Assembly (NCBI RefSeq): GCF_006345805.1
Contig: NW_021835944.1
Coordinates: 1-37,225 of the forward strand
Direction of reading: 5' to 3'
From: Octopus sinensis
Taxonomy: Eukaryota
DNA length: 37,225 bases
Made by a program: the position numbers and the translations under genes. This document shows positions 23,379-35,340 of the stretch, in pieces (position 1 is the first letter of the stretch; the number at the start of each line of letters is the position of its first letter). Below the pieces are notes generated by a model. It saw nothing but the letters and a program-made list of their open reading frames with translations, was not told the DNA's origin and did not search any database.

Positions 23379-24059
23379 TGACGATAATATGGACTTTTGA
23401 GGCATTTTGCTTACACGAACAATCTTTATCAATATGAAAACGGTAGAAATATTTTCGAGTTATTCGCAATATTTACTTTCATGCTCTTACACCAGGAATT
23501 CAAATTACTGCAAAACTTCTCACTGAGGTAGTCTAATACATTTTTTAGGGGATAACATTTGAATAAATCGAGGGATGTTTCTGAGATCTGTCATGAGCAT
23601 TCGGATTCATAATGTCGGAGCTTAACCACCGGCTTTCCATGACGTATAAGGGATTAAGATTACTGTACTGCCTATGTCTCGACAAGAGAGCGGTCCATCG
23701 CAGAGTCAACATCCAAGACGTTACCGGAACTCATTTAGAGTTCAGTCGACAACAACAATACGAAATAAAGTATTCTGCTCGAGAAATCTACGCACCGGCT
23801 AACACAGGATTCGTTATCGTGATCATAATACCGTGCATTCAACAGTATACTGCGTCTTAACAGGTACTCATATGGCTCGAAACACTGAAGGAGGAAACGA
23901 TAATTATATCTAAGTGGTATTTGAAAGACCGCAAACGTAAAAAAATCAGATCAAAAATATTGTTAAAAAATATTAACGAATAATTTTCATTTTGTTTTTT
24001 TCGGTCGCTGCTAATCCATAAAATTGATTTCTTGCATAGACAGAAAAAGTAATAAATTT

Positions 24060-25080
24060 GCTGGGCGGTCACACTTGATTACATCGACGTCAATACTTAA
24101 CATTATCGACCTCAGCGGGATTCGAACACAGAATGTAAACGTTCGCTATAAAATACTGCAATTAATTGCGTCCGAGCGCAATCAATTTTGCCAATCGATG
24201 AGGTATTGTTGCGGTGGTTAAGTATAAATAGCTGAACCAACTCCAGAATATAACTGGTGATTCATTTCTATTATCGATCCTTGACAGGGATGAGTGGTAA
24301 ATTTGACCTCTGTGAAAATTGAACTCACGGTGTAAAGACCCAGTAGAAATGCGAAAAGAATTTTGTTCGACGCGCTAACTACTCTGCTATTTCGCTGCCC
24401 TTGAAATGATGATAATAACAATCCTTTCCCTTATAGGCACAATGCCTGAAATTTCGGGGGAAAGGTAGGTAAGTCAATTACATTGACCCAGTGTTCAAAT
24501 GGCTCTTATTCTGTCCACCCGTAAAGATAAAAGGCAAAGTCAGTCTCGGCGGGATTTTAACTCAGAACATAAAGACGGACTAAATGCTGTTAAGCATTTT
24601 CCCCGGCATGCTAAAGATTTCACCAACTCACCGCCTTTATGATAATAATAATAATAATAATAGTAATAATTTCAAGTTTTTGTACAAGGCGAGGAATTTC
24701 GTGTGAGGGGCTGGTCGATTACGTCACCCCCAGTCCTTAACTGGTACTTATTTCCACGACCCCGAAAGAATGTAATGTGGGACAGAGTCCACCAGAGTGA
24801 AATTTGAAGTCACCAGCAGTGCTGCTAAGCATTTTATACCGATGCACTAACTCCTCAACCAGCTCGTTGCCTCAAAAATAATTATCCTCCATGAAATAAT
24901 AATAATAATTTCAAAAAATAATTATCTTAAGGGCAAACGTATTTGACTGGTGCTGTATATATTCCCGAAGTATGGAGCGTAAATTTGACTAGTGTAAAAT
25001 TTGAATTCAGAATGTAAGAAGCATCACCTAAGTAACAGATATCTCGTTGTTCGACGCACTAGCGAATTCGCCTATTCTGG
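24060..25080 (-). mobile_element. Array of about five degenerate family B SINEs in one orientation
   Basis: Bodies near 24060-24200, 24220-24400, 24420-24640, 24668-24870 and 24930-25080, each with a GACCTC..GA.TT.GAAC.CA-like motif. Confidence 0.7.
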
Positions 25081-25334
25081 TAAAAATATTGACAAATATT
25101 ATTATGAATCCAGTTTTATCGGTTATCTGATTATTTACATAAAAAAGCGAATTATTGAAGAGCATCACGTGAGAAGTTTTAATGAAGATAAACAAAATCA
25201 TATAAAGCGCTACAGTAACCTTGTGCGATATCACGTTCTCGTTATTACATTCAATAACATAATACGTTGTCTATGAGTTATACTCTTGCCCTCTTTCACA
25301 TCCACTCTGATCGTAATCCCGCCGCGCCTTCATT

Positions 25335-25765
25335 CAATTTTTTACACAATTTCGTTACTGTACTTTCACTTTCACATTCGTTAATCCACACCTGTCTCCT
25401 AGTTCAATTTTCCTTTTTCGTGCATTCTTTCTTTGTTTCTCTTTCTTTTGCTCTTACTTTCTTTTTTTCCTTTCTTCCTTCCTTCTTTCCCTCCTATGTT
25501 TGTGTATTTGTTTGTTTGCTTGTTTTCTTTCTTTCTTTCTCTCCTGCATTTCACGTCTTTTTCTCCGTTTTTGCTCGCTTACTCATATCTTTATTTCTTT
25601 CAGTTTTGCAGTTTCATTTATTTTCTTTTATAAATTTTCATTCATTTAGAAATACTATTCGCTTCTACAGTCAAACTTTTACTCTTTTTTTTCGACCACC
25701 TTCCTTACCAGTTTCTTTTACCTTCTTCCTTTCCTCCTTTCTTTCCATATATCTTTTATCGTTTA
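25335..25765. repeat. Polypyrimidine low-complexity tract (TTTC/TTCC)
   Basis: Read directly from the sequence. Confidence 0.85.
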
Positions 25766-26584
25766 CTTCTTTCAGTCATTAGACTGCAGCCATGATGGGG
25801 TACCACGTTGAGATATATATTCATTTCTCTTCTATCCTTCTTTCTTTACATTCTGACATACCGAGATTTATTCTACACTATGCTTTCATATCATTTCTCA
25901 ATTCCGTCCTTATCTCTACTGACACCACCTCCATCTCATTCCCTCAACACTTTACATAATCCTTCTTCACTTCCATTCACTATCTGCTTTCAGTGTGTGT
26001 GTGATGCACTAGTAAACCCCCCGCAAGCTATTTCTTCATAGATTATTTATATTTTTTTAAAATAAATCTATCAGACATTAGATGAGGTATTTGATTGGGT
26101 TTTTCATAAATAATATATCTGAATGTGAATAAATGTTTTAGAAATTGCCTTCTTCAAATTTGGAAAAGGTTTACTGCTTTCTGTTTATTTTATCTCAATA
26201 TATTCCTAAATTTTCCTCCTCCTCCTACTTTTCCTTTACGTCTTCATGTCTCTTTTGTCGAATTACACACACTGACATACACATTTATAGTTCTCTGGTT
26301 CTCTGCAGTTATCGTTTTAGTTCTTTAGACAGCCATAACTATATCGTCTTCCTTTTTTATAGCAGGATATATTGATATCTTGTCGATGTAGTGTCTCAGG
26401 GACATCAAAACGATATTCAAATATATTAACAGTTGAATCATTTAAATTTTCGCACTTCTTAAAAAGAAACTTACACACATACGATGACACAGACGCGTAC
26501 TTGTACACGAAGGCAGACACACGCTCATACACTCACAAATATATCCTCACACGCACACATATACAAACGCACATATACAAGTAT

Positions 26585-26634
26585 ATATACATACATACAT
26601 ATATATATATATATCCACGTCTGTATCTTACAGC

Positions 26635-26665
<31 letters not shown>

Positions 26666-26699
26666 CATATATGTGTGTATATATATATATACATATATG

Positions 26700-26751
<52 letters not shown>

Positions 26752-26827
26752 TACACATATATATATACATATATATATATATACATATATACACATATAT
26801 ACATACATATATATATATATATATATA

Positions 26828-26876
<49 letters not shown>

Positions 26877-26895
26877 CATATATAAAATATAATAT
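26585..26895. repeat. Compound (TA)n/(TACA)n/(CT)n microsatellite
   Basis: Read directly from the sequence. Confidence 0.95.
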
Positions 26896-27179
26896 GTGTG
26901 TGTAAGGAGAAAGGTAGGCAAAAGTGAAAGGAAGGGAGGGAGAGAGAAAGAGAGTTACGAAGAATGAATTACATTTACAGGTATACTTTTGATGAACGTT
27001 CGTTATGAATAGGACAAAACAGACTTCAACAAATTCGCCATATCTAGTTTCGTATATTTTTTGTGGTTTCTTTTCAAATTATGTTAATTTTCCTCTCCAC
27101 ATCTACCAATCCCCAAATGACATGTTTAGATAAATGACAAATTTAAATTATCGTTTACTAAACGATATGATACACATAA

Positions 27180-27219
<40 letters not shown>

Positions 27220-27544
27220 GCATGTATGTGCGTGTTTGTTTATATATGTTATATTGTATCTTTGTATCAATATTCAACCGCATGGTAACTTCCTAGAATA
27301 TTCAATAAGTAGTAATGACGTAAAGATAAACATGTCTTGACTAAATAAATATTATATAAATATAATTTTCTGAACGATGGTTGTCTTTCTATTTGAAGAA
27401 TCTCTCTCTCTGTCTCTTTTTAACCCTCCTTTTATATACATGTGCGTGTGTATGTGTATGTTTGTATGTATGTATGTATGCATGTATGTATGTATGTATG
27501 TATGTATGTATGTATGTATGTATGTATGTATGTGTGCATATATG

Positions 27545-27597
<53 letters not shown>

Positions 27598-27649
27598 TAT
27601 ATATATGTGTATATATATGTTTATATGCTCTTTTATCGCTTGTGTTATT

Positions 27650-27810
27650 CATTTATTTGTTTCTGTCATTTGACAGCGGCAATGCTGGAGCACCGCCAGT
27701 AGCCGAGCAAATCGACCCCAAGACTTATTCTTTGTAAGCGTAGTACTTATTCTATCGGTCTCTATTGCTGAACTTCTAAGTTACGGAGACGTCAACACAC
27801 GAGCATCGGC
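27650..27810 (-). mobile_element. Family C SINE 3' fragment
   Basis: TTTCTGTCATTTGACAGCGGCAATGCTGGAGCACCGCC..TCGACCCCAAGACTTATTCTTTGTAAGC.TAGTACTTATTCTATCGG. Confidence 0.8.
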
Positions 27811-28520
27811 ACGGCTCTTAATCTTTCCTTTAGCCCCCTTCACACACTCTGCGTTCGTTCCACTTTTCTTTTTCGCGCTCTCACCCTCTCTCACATCTCT
27901 TGGCCTTCCCTTCATTCTCACCATTTTTCATCCTCTTTTACCTCACTCTGTGCCTTTCTTGTTTTCTCTTTCTAGTCCTTTTCTAATTCTTCAATCTGTC
28001 TACCCCCTACCTCTCTCCTCTCCTCGCACATGACCGGTGTTCAGCCAAGCCTGACCTTTCTTTCTTGGTTCGACTACCATCCGTGTAGCATATCCTATAT
28101 TCCTCCCCATGCCTGACATCTCTTATGTTCCTGCCGTAAGACTTCACTTCTACAGCCGCCAGCATAATTTAATTTGTCCTTAGTCGAAAAACACCTGTTG
28201 TTACTGTCCTGTAGTTTGTATATATAATTGCGTACCATTTCTCTGTTTTTCTCCTTGTTGTTTTCCCATACATTCGCTTGCTTTCTTCCAAAAGATCTCA
28301 TGCTCTTAGCATAGGTTTTCTTGGGGCCGGCTAGATTACAGCAGTCTCGAGAGTAACCGGCTGAAACTGCTAAGACAATCTGGTATTTGACTGCTGATTG
28401 AAAGCTCGTTCTTGTTTTTTCTTGTCTTGTCCTGTCCTTTTTGCATCTTCTAACTGTCCATATGTCTTCTCACCTGTCAGGTTGTTCTTCCATTTTTTTG
28501 TTTTGTCTACACACATACAC

Positions 28521-28584
<64 letters not shown>

Positions 28585-28587
28585 TTA

Positions 28588-28655
28588 GGGCGCATAGCTT
28601 AGTGGTTAGGGCACAACGTTCACCATCGCGAGATCGTGGTTCCAATTCCTGGACC
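28588..28655 (+). mobile_element. Isolated tRNA-like SINE head (family A-like)
   Basis: GGGCGCATAGCTTAGTGGTTAGGG..GATCGTGGTTCCAATTCCTGG, with A box TAGCTTAGTGG. Confidence 0.6.
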
Positions 28656-29027
28656 TTTAGCAAAACTTTTATACCCATACGTATTTCTCAATGGGAAATT
28701 CCTTAATATATATATGTGTGTGTGTGTGCGTGTGTGCATTTGTGTGTTAGTGTCTTTGTACACATACAGAGTACTTGAGAGAATGAAAGGAAAGATAGAG
28801 AGTGTGGGGTACACATCCATACTGCAGGTATTAAACGACGGTAAATAAAATATAGATGCGCTTGTAGTAATATCTTTTGGGTTTCCTACATGCATGCAGA
28901 CATTGGTCTCTCTATTTCTTTCCCTCTCAATATTTCCTATGAAGGGCCGTAAGCTTCAAAGATCGAAGACTTTTCCATTTTAGATGGGTGATTCTTCACC
29001 TATATTCGCCTTTTTTTCCTGTAAATT

Positions 29028-29059
<32 letters not shown>

Positions 29060-29344
29060 CATACATACAGACAGACAGACAGACAGAGAGACAGACATAC
29101 ATACATACATACATACAGACATAGTTTATTGCAGATAAGCTATAGCCTCAAAACCTTATATAGAGCCCTAGTATCGCTTAAGGCCCTATTGAGAACATGT
29201 GATTTTTGATGAGCAAAATATCCAGTTTATTTTCTCTTCAAGTTATGTGATTGACAATTAAATCATATAGACGTTTTATGTGTTTGCTAGTGAGTGTTTG
29301 TGTGTGTATGTGTGTGCGTGTGCGTGTGTGTGTGTGTGTTTGTA

Positions 29345-29457
29345 TGTGTGTGTGTACCGGACTTAAAAAAAGCCTTGGGTTGAATCATTTTGATATGGAA
29401 ATTTTGATATGGGTGCCCTACCCTGGTCGCAGTCTAATGAATGGAACAGGTTAACAG
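29345..29457 (+). mobile_element. Family C-related 3' fragment
   Basis: GGTGCCCTACCCTGGTCGCAGTCTAATGAATGGAACA matches the family C tail. Confidence 0.5.
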
Positions 29458-30404
29458 ATAATGGCTAACTATACTTCCTTTCTGCTGTTGTTGATTTTCT
29501 TAGAAGCTAATGTGGTCTTCACATTTTCATATAAGAAGTTTGTTCTCAGCTTTATTTAAATGCTATTGTTGGTAGTTTAACTGACTTCGTGGAGGTTTCT
29601 CAGTTTGTTTCGCTTACAGACAGTCTCGTTTTCTTTCAAACATTCATGTCATCTTTACAATATTAATTACAATAGTTTTCAATAGGAGAATGGATGAGCG
29701 TATGGTTTACAATGAAAACGACTTTAAACAATTAAAAATGAAAGGAAAATATGGTATCTACAATTTCATATTGTAGCATTAAGCGTGATTACTTGACTTG
29801 CTATTGAGATTTTCCTTAATCCTTTGTCGTGTCACATTTCAGTAAACGGAGTGAGATGAGAAAGCACAGATCTAAGCGGATGAGAGACAAATTGTCGTAA
29901 AAACACATGACTCCAGCAAGAACTGGCTCTTAGTTTAAGAAGCAGATTAACTCTACAGACAATTTAATTTTAATCCGTTCTGGCGTCACGAATTCTTTAT
30001 TGTAACATCGATACTCCTTGCATCACAATAGTTATATCACAATGACTTAAATACAGTAAAAGAGGACGTAAAACAGTATATTTACACAAGTTATGATGAT
30101 ACCGGCAAACACATTCTCCAGTTTCTTTCTCTTAGACTTGTTGCCTCTTATCTCTAACGTATATATCAATGGACACCATATTTGGTTATGCAGCCATAAC
30201 ATACTACAAAGTATATTAAAGTCAATATTTCGTTCTACTGTGTTAGCAGTGCTATTAAATCACGTGTTACAGATTTTCTTTAGAAATTATAGCCAGCACA
30301 GATTTTGTTACGACATTTTGTATCTGAGACGTCTGATGTGAACAAAAGTGAGTTGGAAGATGAAAATGGGTAAAATATGTAGAGATAAACTTGACAAGTG
30401 ATAT

Positions 30405-30625
30405 CAATATTTATTTAAAATTTCGTTGAAGGCCAACAATTTCTTGGGGTGAGTTAGGTCGACGTAATCGTAATCAGTGTTCAACTGGTACTTATTTTAT
30501 CGACACCGAAATGTTTAAAGGTAAAGTCGGCCTCTGCGGAATTTGAATTCAGAGCATAAAGACGGACGAAATTCTAATCATTTTGCTCGAGGTCCTAAAG
30601 ATTTTACCAGCTCGACGCCCTAACG
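30405..30625 (-). mobile_element. Family B SINE
   Basis: AACTGGTACTTATTTTATCGAC.CCGAAA..AAAGTCGGCCTCTGCGGAATTTGAATTCAGAG. Confidence 0.8.
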
Positions 30626-30832
30626 GATATTTCAATATTATAATGGTTTCTGCTCCTCCGAGTGGCTTCTCACAAGCCACTTTGAATCAGCCATTTCCTA
30701 TTAGCTAACCACTCTTCCTTTAATTACCCATATCGCTTTTATCACATGAACAGGCACCTCTAAGAAGCATTCAGCCAAATATTCACTCCGTATGGGAGTC
30801 TTTGCCTACCCATATTTTTGCTTTCCCTGCAG

Positions 30833-30900
30833 ATCATGATATGCAACTGTGCAAGATGAACATCGATTGGGACCATCTTACGAAAAAGGAAAACCGCTGA
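30833..30900 (+). CDS. Candidate terminal exon, phase 1 (HDMQLCKMNIDWDHLTKKENR*)
   Basis: Very strong acceptor tttttgctttccctgcag. The other two frames stop within 9 codons. Confidence 0.18.
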
Positions 30901-30947
30901 AAGTCATAAGTACATCCCATACCTTGACAAAAAATTAAACATTTCAC

Positions 30948-31382
30948 TATTCTTTTCTACTCTAGGTACAAGGCCCGAAATATTTTGGCAGGGGCCAGTC
31001 GATTAGATCGACACCAGTACGCAACTGGTACTTAATTTATCGATCCCTAAAGGATCAAAGGCAAAGGCGACCTCCGGGTAATTTGAAATCAGAACGTAAA
31101 GACAGACGAAATACAACTAAGCATTTCACCCGGCGTGCTAACGTTTCTTATTTCTTTATTGCCCACAAAGGGCTAAACATAGAGGGGACAAAGAAGGACA
31201 GACAAGGAGATTAAGTCGATTACATCGACTCCATTGCGTAACTGGTACTTAATCTATCGACCCCGAAAGGATAAAAGGCAAAGTCGACTTCGGCGGAATT
31301 TGAACGCAAAAAGTAACGACAGACGAAATACCGCTAAGTATTTCGCCCGGAGTGCTAAGTATTTCTGTCAGCTCACGCCACC
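30948..31382 (-). mobile_element. Dimeric family B SINE, second example
   Basis: Same monomer order and tails as 9464-9898, junction near 31147. Confidence 0.85.
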
Positions 31383-31618
31383 ATATTAACATTTAATTAT
31401 TTAGGATGCGATCTCGTTCAGAAAGTTTACGATAGATTTGTGGGTACTCAGATATTTAGGGAAATTGCAAACAATTCAAGTAGCAGGCAAATCTCGATGA
31501 AAACCACAACATACCAGCATAGAGAATAGTGAATGAGACATGGTATAGTGTTAGCCCGAGATGCAGTTTTGGTGAATGAAAATACAGCAATGCCAGAATA
31601 ATATCAGTTAGAAAATAT

Positions 31619-31661
31619 ACTACTACTACTACTACTACTATACTACTACTACTACTACTAA

Positions 31662-31724
<63 letters not shown>

Positions 31725-31792
31725 ATTGCTGCTGCTGCTGCGGCTGCTATTGCTGCTGCTGCGGCTGCTGTTGCTTCTGCCCCTGCTGCTGT
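31619..31792. repeat. Trinucleotide compound (TAC)n-(TAA)n-(TGC)n
   Basis: Read directly from the sequence. Confidence 0.95.
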
Positions 31793-32279
31793 TGTGCCTT
31801 TTATCACTTAGTCTTAGATCTATATATCTGAAAAGAACGCTGGGATGCTTTTTTTTTTGTCAGTAGTGCAACGACAAATTTCGGTTGGTGATCCCCAGTT
31901 GAATTTAAGTGTGAACAACATTTACACCAACAAAACCGTTGCTGTCACCAGCGCCAGCACCACTGACACCCGCCCTTCCACACACACCACCACCAGCAAC
32001 AACAACAACAACAACTATGGTAACTATTTAACAAAAGGAAACGCTGTTAAGTTTAAGTGTCATATGTATGCCAAGCTTAAACAAACGTTAGTGTGCGAAA
32101 TCAAGATTCAATTTACATAATTTATGCACTTGGTTGAATATGGAAGCGAGGCTGTCACTAGTGGAATTCTTTTTCTTAAAGACATGATCCATATTTCAAA
32201 GAAAATGCGAAATATATTGAAAGATTTGACAGATACCGCCATTTTAATTTTGCCAAAATTTCTTCAATCATGTAGTAAT

Positions 32280-32301
32280 TAATAATGATGTCAATAATAA
32301 C

Positions 32302-32333
<32 letters not shown>

Positions 32334-32362
32334 TAATAATAATGATAATAATAATAATAATG

Positions 32363-32421
<59 letters not shown>

Positions 32422-32506
32422 GACGAAAAAGAAGAGGAAGAAAAAGAACAGCAACAAACAACAATAACAACAAACAACAACAACCACAATAATAATAATA
32501 ATAATG

Positions 32507-32550
<44 letters not shown>
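32280..32550. repeat. Trinucleotide compound (TAA/TGA)n-(GAA)-(CAA)-(TAA)n
   Basis: Read directly from the sequence. Confidence 0.95.
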
Positions 32551-33252
32551 TCTCGTTACTCTGGTGATGATGCGTTGTTTGTTTCTGGCTCTATTTTGTT
32601 TTTGTTGGAAGGTTTTCTTATTTAAAAATAGTTCTTAAAAACAAAGTTGTCAAGGAATTTTGTTTGATTAAATCTCTCAACAACTAAGTCTTCCCCGCAC
32701 AAAGTGACAAGCTTGAAAGGTCTAATTAATATTTGCTTTACTAATTAGTCTGTAATTAATCTGAGAACACCACACCCACCAAATTCTCCACCTTCCTACT
32801 TTACCCAAAGTACTGTAATCTCTTTTCAGAGATGGATCTTTTGAAAGTAATGATGTAACAAACACAGCGATCTGTCTTTTACACTTAGGTGCCTTAAAAA
32901 GTAAAATCAAAAACACACACACACAAAAGGAATGGGAACGTATTCTGTCATTCCATTCGTTCGTTTGTTTATTCTAATATTCTCAAGAATATTTTGCTGT
33001 TGTTGCTTTCTTTCTTTATGTCTTTTTTTTTCTATTTACATTAATTTTAATTCAATGTTTGCTCGATCCTGTACTTTCATTTATTAATCCACCGTGCTAA
33101 AATAGCTGAGTTTCTTTCGTTCCTTCTCACCATCATTCATTTATTTCTTTACCAATTCTTTCCCGCTTCTTCCACAATCTGCTTCCCATACTCTCACAGT
33201 CTATTCATACATATGCATGTTTCTCTATCTTCCCCTCTCTCTCCATGTATGT

Positions 33253-33285
<33 letters not shown>

Positions 33286-33324
33286 CACACACACACTCAC
33301 ACACACACTCGCACACATATATAT

Positions 33325-33710
33325 GTTTTCTTTTATTTGTTTCAGTCATTTGACTGCGGCCATGCTGGAGCACAGCCCTTTAGTCAAACAAATAGACTCC
33401 TGGACTTATTCTTTGTAAGCCTAGTATTTGTTCTATCGGGCTCTTATTGCTGAACCGCTAAGAGAAGGGGACGTAAACACAACAGCATGGGTTGTCAAGC
33501 GATGATGTGAGAATACACACACACAGACACACACACACACATACATGTATATACGACGGGTTTCTTTCAATTTCCGTCAAACCAAATCCACTCGCAGGAA
33601 TTTTGGTCGGCCCGAGGCTACAGTAGAAGGTACCTGCCCAAGGTGCCACGCATTGGGACTGAACCCATAACCATGTAGTTGATGAGCAACCTACTTGCCA
33701 CACGGCCATA
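33325..33710 (-). mobile_element. Near full-length SINE, family C
   Basis: Collinear with 9958-10368, including the internal CA/TA microsatellite. Confidence 0.88.
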
Positions 33711-34052
33711 TAAGTAAATGTAGGAATAAGCAAATTAGGCAGATCTCTATATAAAGTATATTAAATACATGAAATGCAGAAAAACTGTATATATGTATAC
33801 GTATAAAAAGTTCCGACAAACACAGAGTACGAATAATATAGATAATCAAAGTGGTGGAGGAAAAGTATTACAAATCCAACAGTTGTTTCTGGGGGCTTGA
33901 CGGTGTATAATAATATGTGTAGATTGATTCCACCATAGGTTGAGACGAGCATACGACATTAGGGAAGAGATCTTACATTTCAGATGCTAAAGGGAAGAAT
34001 ATCTGGATCTCATCTATGAACAATATATATGAATATATATATATATCCTTAC

Positions 34053-34090
<38 letters not shown>

Positions 34091-34178
34091 GTATTAAGAA
34101 TTTGGGTACTTTAACAACAGTATTTTGGATAAATGATATCCCATAGTGGGTTACACCCATAACACATATCTTACTTTA

Positions 34179-34214
<36 letters not shown>

Positions 34215-35057
34215 CACTTCTCCCTTTATTTACACTCCACATATACCCCCTCCTTTCCATACAATTCTCTCAATTCACGTACTGTATACATGAACCTGTG
34301 TAGGGAAGCATTTCAATATTTCCATGTTATTAGGGTGTTGGATAGGATACTACCAGCTACACAGTAGAGATGTGCCTGAATTTAAAGGGTAAATATCTGG
34401 TTAATATCTTGTTTAGCCCTCAACTACTTAATAACATTATGACCAGCTTAAAATAAATAAACTTTCTAACATCATAGCAACTGGCATACAACACAGAAGC
34501 GTCGATATAACCTAATACTCAAGCAATAGCTTCACCTGCCATACGGACATCTTAAATATAAAACAGACTGACGGTCATTAGACACCGGCCATGTTGGGGT
34601 ACGTTCCTCGAAGTATTGTTAGTCGAAAGAATCGACTCCAGGTCTGTTTTCGTCCTGAATTAACATAAAATGAGCTACAAGGTAAATTTTATAGCCATAT
34701 CAGGTTTAAAAATCGCCTGTTCACTTTCATTTGTATCATTAACCAAAGCAGAAGAAGTAAATAAGCTAACTACACTTAAATAAATTCAGCTCATTTCAGA
34801 CTACACTTCTGGTTAGACCTTGAATGAAGGTGCATAGCAGAATATTACAGGTTGAATACACAACAGCACGTTTTATGTAGCAGAAAAACCTGTCAGTCAC
34901 TTTTTATTAACGAATTATGCAGCATAATTATGAGTTAAATTTAAAGAAATAATCGAAGACATACCAGTTTCTGCATTGTTTGTAATTGTTTTGGATTTAC
35001 ACTTCAAAATCCAGCAAAGCGAATCAGGATTTACCCATACATATATCTCATTTGCGA

Positions 35058-35103
<46 letters not shown>

Positions 35104-35134
35104 GATAGGTAATCGAAACGATATATATTATTGT

Positions 35135-35340
35135 TACTGATTTCAAATTTTGGCACAAGGCCGAAAATTTCGAGGAAGCTGTAAGTCAATTACGTTTTCC
35201 CTATCCTCAACTGGTGTTCATTTCATCGATTCCTTAAAGACGAAAGGCATATTCGACCTCGGCGAAATTTGAACTCATGCATATGCCGCTAAGAATTTTA
35301 CCCAGCGCTCTAACGATTCTAGCAGATCACCGCCTTTAAT
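35135..35340 (-). mobile_element. Family B SINE
   Basis: TTTCAAATTTTGGCACAAGGCC..TTCGACCTCGGCGAAATTTGAACTC..CTAACGATTCTAGCAGATCACCGCCTT. Confidence 0.8.

Noticed and set aside
28310-28385. Hammerhead-like fold GGCCGG..CCGGCT-GAAA within a probable dispersed repeat (about 28040-28500)
   Set aside because: It lacks the CUGANGA core, and only one copy is in the window, so neither ribozyme nor family can be supported.
30290-30370. Exon candidate PAQILLRHFVSETSDVNK with a gtgagt donor
   Set aside because: The strongest acceptor gives stops in all frames; the open reading needs a secondary AG.
30661-30681. Hairpin AGTGGCTT-CTCAC-AAGCCACT
   Set aside because: An 8-bp inverted repeat is expected by chance in 37 kb; no supporting context.
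31725-31792. Poly-Gln or poly-Ala coding tract
   Set aside because: TAG stops interrupt the Gln frame, and it is continuous with non-coding TAA repeats.
34290-34390. Possible CR1/L2 LINE 3' remnant (REAF.YFHVIRV..ILP)
   Set aside because: Too degenerate to support without a profile search.
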